From: Callorhinchus milii
Taxonomy: Eukaryota
Direction: 5' to 3'
NCBI RefSeq assembly: GCF_018977255.1
Contig: NW_024704742.1
Span: 63,676,001-63,740,000 of the forward strand
DNA: 64,000 bases
In this document: positions 34,151 to 47,737 of the stretch, one piece after another
How the letters are laid out: each line of letters begins with the position of its first letter
How positions within the stretch are numbered: the stretch's first letter is position 1
Made by a program: the position numbers and the translations under genes
Notes under the pieces: model-generated
Databases searched by the model: none
What the model was told of the DNA's origin: nothing
The model's input: the letters and a program-made list of their open reading frames with translations, nothing else

Positions 34151-37100
34151 TACCACCTTTATGTGGTATTTCCAGAAGAGCAGAGTTTGTAGCTTGCAGG
34201 TGAGCTTTAAGTTCTACTGAGCTGAGTAATACTCTATGGAGTTCTAAAATAAAAGGTGCTCCTCGCTGCCAGAAAAAGCACTTCATGTTATTACTTGCAT
34301 ATCCAGCAGGGAATTGACATGCAAGACCTTGGCACTGCAAAGTGCTTTTTTTAACCTTGACGCCAGTACCTCTGTATCTATCCTGCAAAAATGCTTTTCT
34401 TATGTATGTTTATGTATGTTTCACGGAAGCCCAAACTTGCATTTAGTTGAATTAATTGCAAGGAAAACATTATTTTTATCTGATTGTTCCTAATCAGTAA
34501 ATGCCATGGAATGTATTTGAAAGTTTTTTTAAAAAAATCAGACAGATTTCAAAGTAGTGTTTCTGTTTCTTAGTAGTTAACCAACAATAGATTTTTTGGA
34601 AGAGATTATCTACTGCAATAATATGCTGTTATAAACCAGTGAACTTTGAGAACCTCAGTGGGATTCAATTTGTTTGGAATACTTAACTAGCACAGTCTAT
34701 TACTCCTACCTGTACCTTGAGGATGAGTTTCAGCAACCAGGAGAGGGAGGATAGTAGGATGTCTACTAACCCCAATCTTGTCCTCATTGATGACAACATG
34801 TGTATCTACAGCAGGCATTGCTGTATAGTGTTGAGCAGAGGGAATTCTTGCTTATTTCTTTCCCCTCCCTCTCTCTTCCCCCCCACAACAACAACAACAA
34901 GATTCCATTTATAGAGTGCCTTTCACGTCGGGAGGACGTCCCAAGGCGCTGAAATGCGACCCGAGATGCGAAACAACATTTCCAGTATTGCCGCAAGACC
35001 AACTTTTTAGCACAAAGCGAGGAGCTAATTTTTACCAATGGTTATGCTTCTTGGACTTGAAATCTTGCTAGGTCAAGCAAACTCTGTTTCTTACAATTTA
35101 TAAGATGTCTAAATCCACTAATTCCAGGTATAATTCCAGCATCTGCAGTATTTTGCCTTTTTTCTAAATCCACTCGATGACCCAGTGGTGATTTTACAAA
35201 AGCCCTGTGGCAAGCCAGATGGTGATTTAACAGACATAGTGACATTTTTCAATTTGAAACCCAAAACAAGATCCGTGGCCTTAGGACTTGGGCTGTCCAG
35301 CATCATGCCCTTAAATAAATCATGTCCTGGCATGAGAGATCCACTTGTGGCTGCATTATTGGTAACCTGTGTGGATGCACTGACAACTACATCTTAAGCT
35401 TATGAAATCAAATAGAACTTTTTCCCTAGAAATATAATTCACCGCCTGTTACTTTGTGACAAACTGTGAAGTGCATGTATGTTACCTGTATATCAATGAA
35501 ATTAACTCAAGAATTCAAACAGCGTAGGATTTCTCTGCCTTTTGATTTGTTTTTTGTTAGAAACAGCTTCTGTATTTTAAAGATCTGCAATTATTTAAAG
35601 AACAGGGGAGCAGGTTTGATGGCTGAATAGCATATTTACTGTAAACCTTTTGTGGTCTGGAGTTCTTTTTTCATTTGAGAAAATAGTTTATTTCAAAATC
35701 TGGATTCATTTCTATACCTACATCTAAATCTGCTGTTCATTGATTTCACTGTATACAGAATTTGAACTGAATTTGTCTGAGATGCAGAATCAAAGTACAA
35801 AGTTTCAACTACATGCACCAGTGCATTTATTAAATATTGCACATTGTGGAAGTCTCGACTCATATTGTAGAATTCTCCAACTTTACTGTTCTGATGTGTT
35901 GAGCAGTAAGTATGTTACAACAGATAGAGATTGGCAAGTCACCCAATGAGGATGACTATTCTGATTATTACTGCTTATGGTGTGGCGGTTCTTTAGGAGG
36001 AATTTTACATAAAGGCAGACTGTTAGCAAATTTTTAATTGTTTAACCTGAACAAAAACTTTATAATTCAAAACATCGTTTCAAATTCATTCAAATATCAA
36101 TTACCTAGGCTTTTCTTCGAAACATCTCTAATTCTCCCTAAAAGAGAATGGAACAGATTAAAATATGTAGGAGATCCCCACAATACAACTTGCAATTATG
36201 CAGTGACTTTCACATTGAAGAATGTGTTGAAAGGCTTGTCAAATGTAGAGGTGCACATTGAGCAAGAAGAGATTTGAAGATGTTGATGGGGGAAGGTATG
36301 TTTTTAGTTGGAGAGAGAGTAATAAGGCACAGAGGATATTGGAATAGTAACTATAAACTATAAAGTAACCAAAGTGTGGATGATAAGATGAGAATGTTTT
36401 CAAGTAATTGGTCTCAGAGTGTCTGTTAAGGCAAAGCAATTTGTCATTAAACTCTGTATTCTGCTGTTTGTTCTGCTATAAGATGTGGATACTTCTGATA
36501 CATGTATTGCCAGCAGGTATTGAATTGGATTTATATGTTGATTGCACTGAACCTTTCATCCATTTTAGCTGACTAAAGTCTCAAGAATCCTAGACTCTGG
36601 TCTCCTTGCAATTCACTTCTATTTGGCATGATTTCAGGAACGATTCCTCGAATCTAAAATTCCCAATTCTCTGAAGCAATATGAGCATTTGCCTACAGGG
36701 TAGATGTGCACATTGATGTTACTGTGTACGAGCTCAGGCATGCGTTGCCTATTTCTCTGATATATTGGCTAGGCTAAACTTAGCAATTCCTGATTCCAGA
36801 ATTAATAGAGTGAATACCCGAGGTCAATTCTAAACCAAATGTTGAGAGGGGAGTAGGAATAGCAGTACATTATGACAAAACTGCTAACAAATTATTGTGA
36901 AATCGCAGCTTTGCACTCAGTATTCTAAGTGCAATAAATTTGAACTCTTGGGGTCTATCTAGTATGGATGCGCTCTAAATATTTCTATAAAAGGGTAGCT
37001 CTCAGTACTGGGTTAAGAGTTTCACTGAAAGGTTGGTCATAAAAATAGAATAATTGGTGTACTCTGCTTGTGCAGTAATTGTAGGCTGTCATGAACCTGC

Positions 37101-38096
37101 AAGTCAATATTGTTTATCTTGGTTTGAACTCGGTAATAAATGTCTTTCCTTTTACATATCTTGATGTGACATGGTAAAGATCAAACTGTGCAGTATTTTC
37201 TGTTTGGCCTGCATAGAGAAGATTTATCTCTTTCCTCAAGCAGTTATTCATAAACTTGTAGACACTTTAAAATGTTTCAGGCCTTCACATTGAAAAAGCT
37301 TTCCTGCTTGCCCAAAGCGACTTTATTTATTTTATTGGCAAGAGGCGTGCCTAACCAGGCAAGACCACTCTTGTTTGTTTGCAACTCGTAATTCAGCCTG
37401 AGGTGGATTGACTCTGAGTTAATGTTTGCTGTTTCATATTCACAAAGAGTGGGAGGTTTCTTTTTTATTATTACAATTCATTGTCTTCTTGACAAATATA
37501 CAGTCAATTCACTTTACAGTATATTCTGTGAAGCGCTTTGAGACGTCTCGAAGACATGAAAAGCGCTACATCAAATGCAAGGATTATTATATTATTGAGG
37601 ATGAAACAATTTGAAGGAAAGGAATGTTGCGGTGTCACGGTTTTAATTCTTAATTAGATGCATTTCTGTCAAGTTTTATTTTAGCTTGTACATGTACAAC
37701 ATTTATTTTTTAAAGAAAATACTGGAAATAGTTTCATTTATTGCCAGTGTATTTTTTTCCCCTCCAAATGATGTGCAATATTTTCTGCTGACTTTCAGGT
37801 TGATGTTGTAATGGCTCATGAGATAATTTATTAGTAACTGGAGAATTTATTCTGATCCTGGAATTGATGCAAAGAATTTCTTCATAACCACTGTTGTTTT
37901 TCTATAATTGACTAATAGGTTTTTGACACACAATGAAGTATGTTTTCCTGTATGACGTTTCATCCAGTGACTTGACTCAAAACTGTTGACTTTGCCATCC
38001 AATGCTTGTAACTTTAAATGATAAGCACCCTGATAATTGAACTTTGACCTTCTGGTTAGGAGCTGAGCTTTTGCTAACAGACTAGACTGATCGTGC

Positions 38097-38462
38097 AGTC
38101 CTGTAGCTCAGCGGTTAGAGTACTCGTGTTGCAAGCGAACGACCTGGGTTTGATTCCCAGCAGGGCGAAATGTTGGGCAAGTTTCCTTACTCCACACGCC
38201 TCTGTTTACCGAGCAGTAAATAGGAACCTGGTAGTTAGTTGACTGACAGATCACTTTTCTGGGGTTAATAATTCCTTTTTAAAAAAAATTGGCCACTCCG
38301 TCCATGACTGTTTGTGACACACTGCTGTGCGCAATTGGCTGCTGCGTTTCACCCACAAGATATGCAGTCAAATTCACTTTACAGTACATTTTGTGAAGAG
38401 CTTTGAGACGCCTCGAAGATTTGATAAGGCGCTATATTAAATGCAAGGATTATTATTATTAT
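38097..38462 (+). mobile_element. Full-length SINE, long variant
   Basis: Head, extra internal segment CTGTTTACCGAGCAGTAAATAGGAACC..., Deu core and tail. Confidence 0.9.
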
Positions 38463-38578
38463 CTAGACCTGACCTTGATTCTGTCGACAGTGGTCTCCAC
38501 AGTGTTGAATGATGAGGTTATCATTACTGCTATAAATATTTTTCTGATCCGGAGAAACGTTGCTTCTGACATTCATGT

Positions 38579-39005
38579 GGAGTCCTGTAGTGTAGTGATT
38601 TGCACGTTCACCTCACAAGTGAGAGGACCCGGGTTCAATTCTGGGCAGGGAGAAACCTTAGGCGAGTTTCCTCACTCCACATGCCTGTTTATCTAGCAGT
38701 AAGTAGGAACCCAATTGTTATACGATTGGCGAATTGCTTTCGGGAGTGGGGGGTGGTAATAATCCTTCCCAAAAAATCTGTATAATCATCACTCAACCCA
38801 GAACAGTTTGTGGGACACTGCTTAACGCAGTTGCATTTCGTTGCATTTTGTCCACAAACTACAGTCAATTCACTTCCTTGAGATGTCCTCCCGACGTGAA
38901 AGGTGCTATACAAATGTAATTTTGTTGTTGTTTACAATATATTCTGGGAAGTGCTTTGAGACATCTCAATAACGTGCTAAGACGCTATGTCAAATGCAAG
39001 GATCA
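38579..39005 (+). mobile_element. Diverged long-variant SINE with an L2 3' stub inserted at ~38876-38931
   Basis: ...CAATTCACTT | CCTTGAGATGTCCTCCCGACGTGAAAGG...TTGTTGTTG | TTTACAATATATTCTG... Confidence 0.8.
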
Positions 39006-39483
39006 TTTTGCTTTCTGCTGTTTCCTTTGAAATAATTCAGTCAAGATTCTCCTGAGTAATTCACTCACCAACTCACATTTTACTTAACCTTTTCAAAAAA
39101 ATGTTTTCTATTTAACATTTCAGATATTGTGGTTTGATATTGAAACAGCTCTGCTGAGCTGGTTATGGCCATTATGAAATCAAAGAGAAGCAGAGCCACA
39201 GAGTATGTAATGAACAGCAATTGGGAAAATCATTGGTCAAGCAACAACAATTTACATTCATATAGTGCCTTACAGTGTATCAAGACCATCCTACATGAAG
39301 GATGTATATAAATGCAAGTTGTTGAAGTTTCATGTCGGAAAGGCATCTCAATGTGCTTCACACAGCTGACTGGGAGCTCAAACTGGAGAGAGCTGAGCAG
39401 GGTAGGGATGAAAAGTGGCTGAAAGCGCTGGTGAAAAGGTAGGTTTTAAGGTGGAGGGATGACGACAGAATGGTTGAAAGCTT

Positions 39484-41130
39484 ACAACAACAAAATTATA
39501 TTTGTATAGCGCCTTTCATGTCAGGAGGATGTCCCAAGGTGCTGGACATTCAGTGTTTCTGACCCGAGTTGGGGGTCGGGATCGGGAAGGTGGAGGGCAG
39601 GGGGGGAAGCAGTGTGATTGAAAGCGTGGTCGAAGAGGGGGATCTTGAGACTGGTCTTGAAGGAGGCAAAGGAAGGGGCGAGATGGAAGGACTGTGGGAT
39701 GGAATTCCAGAGGTTGGGGGCAGAGTGGCAGAAGGTCCGCATGCCAATAGTATGGTGGACGGGGAAGTGAAGCAGGTTGGAGCCCGCTGAGCGGAGGCAG
39801 TAGGCAGGATGGTAGAGGGTTAGGAAGTTGCAGACGTAGGGGTGAGCGAGGCCATGAAGGGCTTTGATGGTGAGGACCAGGATCTTGAACTGTATCCTCT
39901 GTGTAATGGGAAGTCAGTGGATTCGGGCAAGGATGGGGGTGATAGGGTCACAGAGCCTGGTGCGGGAGAGGACATGGGCTGCAGAGCTCTGGATGATCTG
40001 CAGCCTGTGGAGGGAGGAGTTGGGGAGGCCAACAAGTAAGGAGTTTGCATAATCAAGCCTCGACGTTATGAATGCGTCTATGAGGGTTTTAGCAGCCGGG
40101 GTGTGAGACAGTGGCAGAGCCGGGCAATGTTGCAGAGGTTGGGGAAGGCAGAGCGGGTCAAGGCACGGATGTGGATTAGAAAAGATAGTTGAGGGTCAAA
40201 CAAGACGCCAAGGTTCTGGACTGGCTTAGTGAGGTGGAGTGTGCATCCATGGATGGTGATGCTGTCAACGCCTGAGATGATAATAATAATAATAATAATC
40301 CTTGCGTTTGATATTGCGCTTTTCACGTCGGGAGGACGTCCCAAAGCGCTTCACAGAACACACTGTAAAGTGAATTGACTGTATATTTGTGGGCGAACGC
40401 GGCAGCCAATTGCGCACAGCAATGTCCCACAAACAGTCGTAGATTGAAAATGACCAATTTTTATTATTGTTTTGGAGGATTATTATTAGGCTCTGTGTGG
40501 AGTAAGGAAACTTGCCCAAGGTTTCGCCCTCTGCCTGGAATTGAACTCAGGTCTCTCACTTGCAAAGCGAGTGCTCTAACCACTGAGCTACAGGACTCCG
40601 AGGAGATGTGGGGGCGCTGACAGGAGCCAATCAGTAGAGCCTCGATCTTGTTGACGTTCAACTGAAGAAAGTTACCTCTCATCCAGGACATTCTGTCAGG
40701 ACAGCAGTGGTCCTGGACTCCAGGGTGGAGGTAGAGTTGGGTGTCATCCGCATACATGTGGAAGTTGACCCCATGTCTGTGGATGATGTCACCAAGAGAG
40801 GGCATATAGAGGGTGAAGAGGAGGGGACCAAGGACAGAGCCCTGAGGAACGCCACACGAGACGGTGTGGGGGCTAGGAGAAGCGTTTGTGCAGATGAAGT
40901 GGAAGTGGTGTGAGAGGTATGATCTGAGCCATTCAAGGACAGCACCATGAAGGTTGAGAGGAGAGGCGGTGGATGAGGATGTTAAATGCAGCAGAGAGGT
41001 CGAGGAGGCAGAGGGAGCCCTGGTCGCAAATGGACAGAATGTCATTTGTCACTTTGTCCAGGGCTATTTTTGTGCTGTGGGCGGCACGGAAACCAGTTTG
41101 GACCCACCATAGTTGGGCGCATCTGGCAGG
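39484..41130 (-). mobile_element. L2 LINE fragment (RT domain to 3' end) interrupted by a SINE
   Basis: Minus-strand [17 protein letters not shown]...FHMYADDTQLY RT motifs; (CAA)n tail at 39484. Confidence 0.92.
40280..40598 (-). mobile_element. Young full-length SINE nested in L2
   Basis: Nearly identical to the 1948 copy. TSD GAGATG at 40274-40279 and 40603-40608. Confidence 0.93.
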
Positions 41131-41539
41131 GTACATGAACTAGCATTAAGAGGGAGGTTTGAGGTTTATTTGTCTCATTATCAATTTCACTCAAAGCTTT
41201 GGTATTCATTCACCACAAATATGTATTTTACAAAATAGGGCATATGAAAGATTCCTTTTCTTAATCAACCACTCGTAAAGAAACCTTACAATACAGTGTA
41301 TGGATGATTTACTTTGCAGGTCTGCGTTTTAGTGAGAATTTTGATTAGTCCCTTGTGCAAGGAGGCAAGTGTTAAAATATTTGTGGCTGTAAATTAGTCT
41401 GTGAATTGACGTATTGATTGCAATTCAGTGTTTTGGTAAGAAAATGAAAAGAGAAAGTGTGGATCTTTGGAATATTCATGCAAAATAATCAATGTGTTCT
41501 ACCGTATAACAGTTATAAAGAATTATGAAGTATAAAGAA

Positions 41540-41658
41540 CTGGCTGCCGCGTTTCGCCCACAAATATGCAGTCTATTCACTTTACAGTATAGTCTGTGAA
41601 GCGTTTTGAGACGTTTAGAAGAGGTAAACAGCGCTATATCAAATGCAAGGATTATTAT
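41540..41658 (+). mobile_element. SINE 3' fragment
   Basis: TGGCTGCCGCGTTTCGCCCACAAATAT followed by the tail. Confidence 0.8.
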
Positions 41659-42949
41659 ATAACCGCTGTCACAATTATTTTGGAACATAGAACATTTTAA
41701 ACTCAATTTTGTGTATATAAAGGGCAGCACTTCAGGATTTAAAGTGAGTATTGATGGCATAATGCATACAACTCTGCGGGAGATTGATACTGCTGGTTCC
41801 TGACTGAGTCATTTCCAACTTATGATTGAAAAAGATTTAATGGATTGCAGGATAGGCTACAGGAAGTATGAAAAAGGAAGTAAACGGTGCAAAATATCTT
41901 TGTTGTCAGGGCTCTTGAATTGGACTGATTTTAATCTGAAATCCCGTCTGGCAACAAAAATGGTGTTCCTGGAAGCTTTGGATTTAATCATTGTGCCAAT
42001 CTTGCAGTGGTTGATACCCATGGGCCCTCTTTAATTTTCAACTGGAAATTCTGATTGCTTAATGGATTGAGACTTGGAAAAATTAATTATTCACTTTAAA
42101 CTATACATTGATACAAATTTATTTATTAATTTTATCCTCCTTTCTCCTGAAAAGCTGTCTTATTTTTACAAGCACTGCTGCAAAACAATGGTTCATTGAG
42201 AAGAGGAAGAACATGTGCTGCACCAAACTGCGGCTAGAAGAGGTGATTTGACTTAGGCTCGTATTAGGTCATATTTGCAACATAATTCATGGCGAGCAGT
42301 GTGTTGCGCAGACATAGCTCATTGCTATAATCCTTCTACCTTCGAGTGCTAATTGCTAAAGAACAGTGATGCATAAAAATAAATTGGCTTTTACTTCAAG
42401 GTGATTGATAAGAAGTCCCCAGTAAGCTGCATAAGAAGTCTTTAGTAATCTGTATTTGACTAAGAAAGGTGTGAAGCCTGCATTGTAATGGGAATATATT
42501 TAAAATATTTTGCTTCATTGGTGTTCAGATTTTCATAATGAAGTCTTCAGAAGGTTTCACAAATTTTAAGTGGATCCTCACATTAAATCTTGGGTGACCC
42601 AGATATTATAAAGGTGGATTGAAAGCTCTGTGGTTCACCCTCTCTACATTAGTTTGACTTTAAAGCATTAATGATGCAGTTCGTTTTCATTTAGCATTGC
42701 TGGTTAAAGGTTAAAATTATAACTTGCCTTGTGATTTTCAACTTTAGTGCAATGTTCCTTAAAGGTGTGAAGGAGACCAAACTCTGAACCACAAAGGTAT
42801 GTGAAGAATGTTTTATGACAGTATATTTGATTTCTAATTGCCAGTAATAAAGGCCAAATTCTGCAGCGCAAAATGTACTATCGTTTGGGCACATTACACT
42901 ATATGATCTTTGTACGTGACAGTAAACTGAGGTCCTGTCTGACTGTACC

Positions 42950-43347
42950 AGGGCCCCTCTGCCTCTTTGTTCTCCTGGACCGCTCCGCTACATTCGACAC
43001 ATTTGGTCTCGCCTCTGCTAATAGCACCGCACTCACATGGTTCGAGTCTTACTTAACACATCACCAACAATACATCTTGGTAAATGTTTTTTGCCCCCGC
43101 CCGGTCACTTGCAGGGTACCCCAAGGCTCCATCCTAGGCCCCCTTTTCCTTATCTACATGCTATCTCTCGCTGATGTCATCCACAGACGTGGGGTCAACT
43201 TCCACATATATGCCAATGACACCCAAATTTACTTCTCCAGCTCCATATCCCAATCCTCTGATGTCCTGTCAGCTTGTTTGATGGACATCAAGGCATGGAT
43301 GAGTGGATATTTCCTGCAGTTGAACCTACCACGCATGAAGGGTGCTA
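42950..43347 (+). mobile_element. Degraded L2 RT fragment joined to an L2 tail stub
   Basis: RVPQGSILGPLFLIYM...FHIYANDTQIY, then TGAAGGGTGCTATATAAATGGAAGTTGTTG. Confidence 0.8.
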
Positions 43348-43629
43348 TATAAATGGAAGTTGTTGTACTGATAGTTCAGGTAGATGTCAAAAGTTCTTTG
43401 GCACTGATTTGAAGAAAAGCAAGAGGTTCTGCCAATATCCTATGAGGGAGGAAGATCCTAATCAATTTTCCTCCCTCATCTCAATCTCCCCCCCTCCCCC
43501 GAAATTTGGTTATGCATACGTCATTGCTGCTTGTAGGATGTTGCTGTTGCAGATTAACTGCAATCATTACTCTTCAGACGAACGAGATTTGTGAAATATC
43601 ATGACCTGTTTCGATGTGATGCTGTGCAG

Positions 43630-44022
43630 TAATAATAATCCTTGCATTTGGTATAGCATCTTTCACGTCAAGAGGAGGTCACATTCCGCTTCACAGGATA
43701 TACTGTAAAAGTGTAGTTTTGTTTTGCAGGTGAACGATACATCTAATGTCCCACAAACAACCATGAAGTGAATGACCAATATTATCTGGGGGATTGTTTA
43801 GTCAGGACATTGGAAGAAAATGCCCATCTCTTTTTGAATAGTCTCGCGGGATCTTTAACATCTATCTGGACAGAAAGGCGGCACCTCCCACGATGCCGTG
43901 CACCCCAGGACTGCACTGGAGTGTCATTTTAGATTAAATGAGGTTCCAGGTCCTGATGTGGGGCTTGAACCCACAACCTTCTGATCAAGAGACAAGAGTG
44001 CTACCAGCTGAGCCATGCTGAC
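43630..44022 (-). mobile_element. Old Deu-SINE
   Basis: Reverse tail, core, GGGATCTTTAACATC and head GGGCTTGAACCCACAACCTTCTG...AGTGCTACCAGCTGAGCCA. Confidence 0.75.
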
Positions 44023-45839
44023 TCAATGTCATAAGGCATTATATCAAAAGCAATCATTTACAATTAAGCTTGGACCAACACATTACATTTAAACCTACCG
44101 AAAATTAGCAGTTTAAAAATGTAACACATCCTGGCTCACTTTTCGCTTCTATTGCTAAATCTAGATTACGGCAACAGATATCTACATAAATATAACCGAT
44201 GTAGGTCATTTGTTTGTACAGCTAGGATTCTAACAACCCAGCTTGAATCTATTGCTGTTTAAATACAGTGCAGCTTAAGACAAAAGACTGAAATAAACAC
44301 TCCAGCGGGACAGTAGTATAAGATTCAACATGACCTTTTGCTGGCAGCGTTGCACAAATCTAAGGATATATTCTAGTCATTGCAAAAAACTTTGGGATTT
44401 TTCCAGGGGTATGTTTTTATATACGTTGTTGATTCATCACATTTCTTAAAACTAATTTAATAATGGCAAATTGGTTAGAAGCTGCGCAGAAATAATTCTT
44501 CTCGTAATGTTTACAATATTGTAAATTAATGTTGTATTAATGCTGTTTCCCCTGTTCCCCAGAGATGGAGTGAATTTTCGTGGGGCTCACTCACTGCCTT
44601 TTGGTCAGTTCCTAGCCATATCCATTGGATACAGTGAAGTGTTGTTGTGGGAAAAGATTTGAGATTGATGACTTTGAGAACTTTATTAGCCTTTGGTGGA
44701 TTTAAATTTCACCTGAATTAGCTGAAACAGTAAATTTTTGGAAGAAAAGGTTTAAAAACACAATTATTCTGACAAAATGACACAGGATTTATATTCCATT
44801 CTGTCCTTTCAGAATTCGTTACATCAGGCATATATTGCCCACAAAATACACAGTCGTACTTTACAGTATGTTTTGTGAGCGCTTTGAAATGTCTTGGCGA
44901 TGTGATAAGGCACTATATCAAATAAAATAATTCTTGTACTTATTTTTTTCTTCAGCAAAAATGTAAGTAGAAATGCAATTGTGTGGATTATGTTTAACAT
45001 TGTGAAAGGAATTAGCATTATTATTGTAGGAAACCTATATTGGTAGCAAGAATGGTTGGATAAATTGGTACAAATAAATTCTGGGAAGCTCTGTAATGTC
45101 CTCCCAAAGTGAAATCTGTTATACAATGTAAAATTATTATTGTGCCTTCAAAACACTTATCAGCGATAACAGTGTAGTCACATCAATGTTTCAGTGAGTC
45201 ATGTGTTTGAGCAAAATGGAAAACCTGAGTGTATTAAATTGAACAGGAAATGCAGGTATTTACTTTTTGCTGGAGCAATGATGAGATGTCAGGATTACAA
45301 AAGGAAACTTACTTTAAAAAGACATAATATTTATAGCATTTACGCTATTGAGCATGTTGGTATTTGAAACAGCCTGCTGATGTGATTTGAAAAATAATAA
45401 AATAGTTTCTTTACGCTGCCAAATTAAGAGTGAGGGAAATATTCTAAATGGTGTGCATTTGTTTGAGTATATTTTGTCTAATTTATTGCATATTCAGATT
45501 GCTTCAAGCCAAGTGGGGGATAACATCTCTCAGGCTTGTACCTAACTTATCTGAATTCTTGGTGAGTGAGCTAAGGGTGACTTTCTCACTAATTTTTGTA
45601 ATCTAAATATTATTTTACTCTTACACAATTCTGCATTTAAGGACAATCAGAATGAGTTTGTGCTTTTTGAACAGTAGTCTATTGTTTCAAACTGATAACT
45701 ATATTTCTTTACTCATCGGAGAACGAGGCTTTGAGGTGAGGTCATTTCACTCAGTGAAAGCTTTTAGCAGCAACATTAGTGTATCCAGATCAACATTTTA
45801 GAATGAGTCAGGTGGTTGAGACAAATGTAAACCTTACTT

Positions 45840-46215
45840 ATCTCTCGAGCTCCACCTTCCATAAACTCCAGTCAATCCAAAACTCTGTTGCATCCTCACC
45901 CAGACTAAATTACACTCTGATCACTCCAGTCCTTGTCTAGCTCTCAACGGATCGATTTTAAGGTCCTCGCCCTCACCTATAATTCCTTCACGCCCTAACA
46001 GCTCCCTATTTTTGCGATCTTCTACCCCACTCCTCTGCTCAGCCAACCTGGCCGCGGTACGTCACCCTCTTGCCCGCCATCGGTGCCAAGCTTCCAATAA
46101 CTACGCCCTGAAACTCTGGAACGTCCTCCCTCTACTCCTCTGTCTCTACCTCTCTAACTTTAAATCCTGTCTTAAAACCAATGTCTTCTTCGCACCTACG
46201 GTCACCTTCCCCACT
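45840..46215 (+). mobile_element. Degraded L2 3' fragment
   Basis: CTCCACCTTCCATAAACTCCAG...GATCGATTTTAAGGTCCTCG...CTCTGGAAC. Confidence 0.65.
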
Positions 46216-46421
46216 CCACTGTCAGGTTTTATAACATAACATTTTGTAATAACTTTTGATCGTAAAGCATTAGCCATTACATGTAAAATGATCGATGTCC
46301 ATTTAGCCACCACCCTTTTACATGTAAGTTTTTTTTGGCATGTTGCTCTATATCCTAAGAAATAGGAATTGAAAGGATTAAATATTTTCACACGTTGTCC
46401 AGGAATATACAGCATGAAATA

Positions 46422-46880
46422 CAGTCCTACCTACTTATGTTGACATAAGTGGTTTGTCGACATAGGTGGTCATAAGCAGATAATAGATATTCTATTATTA
46501 AAATTTCTGGACCATGTATTTACATGTATTTTCATTGATTTATTTTTAAAAGTCATACATTTAATTAAAATTCCTGAACCATTTATTTACATGTATTTTT
46601 GTTACCTTATTTGCAAATGTTTCATTAACTTATTTGCAGAAAGAAGTAAATACTTCACAAAAGTAAGTTTATATAAAAAAAAGTCATTTAAGAGTACACT
46701 GTCGACATGAGTGGTAATAAAACAAGGCCTTTAATCCTGATAGGGACCCAAGCAATTTGCCGACATTGTCATAGATGGTACATTTTTAGTGTTCACGTGT
46801 GGAGGAGGGACCGGGACTTCACATTTTGTCGATATAAACGGCATGTCGAGCTAACTATTTGAGATAGGTGAGTAGGACTG
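46422..46880. mobile_element. Non-autonomous Tc1/mariner-type (pogo/Tigger-like) DNA element
   Basis: Imperfect TIRs CAGTCCTACCTACTTAT...ATAGGTGAGTAGGACTG, TA on the left and CA on the right, AT-rich interior. A related fragment lies at ~47605-47700. Confidence 0.7.
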
Positions 46881-47737
46881 CACAAGGTTCAGTTGAGTTA
46901 GACTATGCTGGTTCGGCTTAAATAGATAACTATATTGTGTTTCTTTACTGATACGAGAAAGGGAAGATTCCTCTTTTCTGAGTCATTGCTTTCAGGTGAG
47001 GTCATTTCACTCACATAGTGTTTTGTATTTGAGAGAATGCTGGACCTCTCCTTGTGCATTCCTCCTGTCAATTCTGAAAGGAGCGGAAAGGCACTACATT
47101 AGGCTATTCATTTAAAGTAAGCAAACATGTATGAGAACATAGACAAATTCAAAGGCTTCATGAAGCATGAACTGACGTGAAAAGACAATATGCTCTTATT
47201 TTAAAATTGTCTCAAAGCAGACAAAAGATCCATTTCATGCTACATAAACTTTTATGGTCAGTGTTGTCTGATTTGAAAATCTTTTGAAATTAAGAAGTAA
47301 AGTTTTTTCTATCTGCTAGTTATGAAGCATGAAAGATATGTTATTTTAAAATGGCTCGACATAAATACAATGAAAGTTATGTTTACTGCCTCCTGCACTA
47401 TAGATTTCTATGTTTGTATCTTTGATAGAAACTGTAATTGTTGTTCAGAAAGCAAACTTGAGGAAAGGTAGGAAAATAAGTGCATTGCCAGCATAAAATT
47501 CTCATCTTGGGAAAACTCTGAAAGCAGCACTTTGAGAAGTGAGGTACCTAAGTTCTGTACTATAGATACTCCTTAAGTGCCGGCACCACTGCAGACAATC
47601 CTGTGACGTTGACATAGGCGGTCACAGATGGACAATAGGTATTTTAGGATTAAAATTTCTGAGCTATGTATTTACCTGTATTTTCATTGATTTATTTTAC
47701 CAACATTGAAAATATAAAATTGTTACATTCATGAAGC

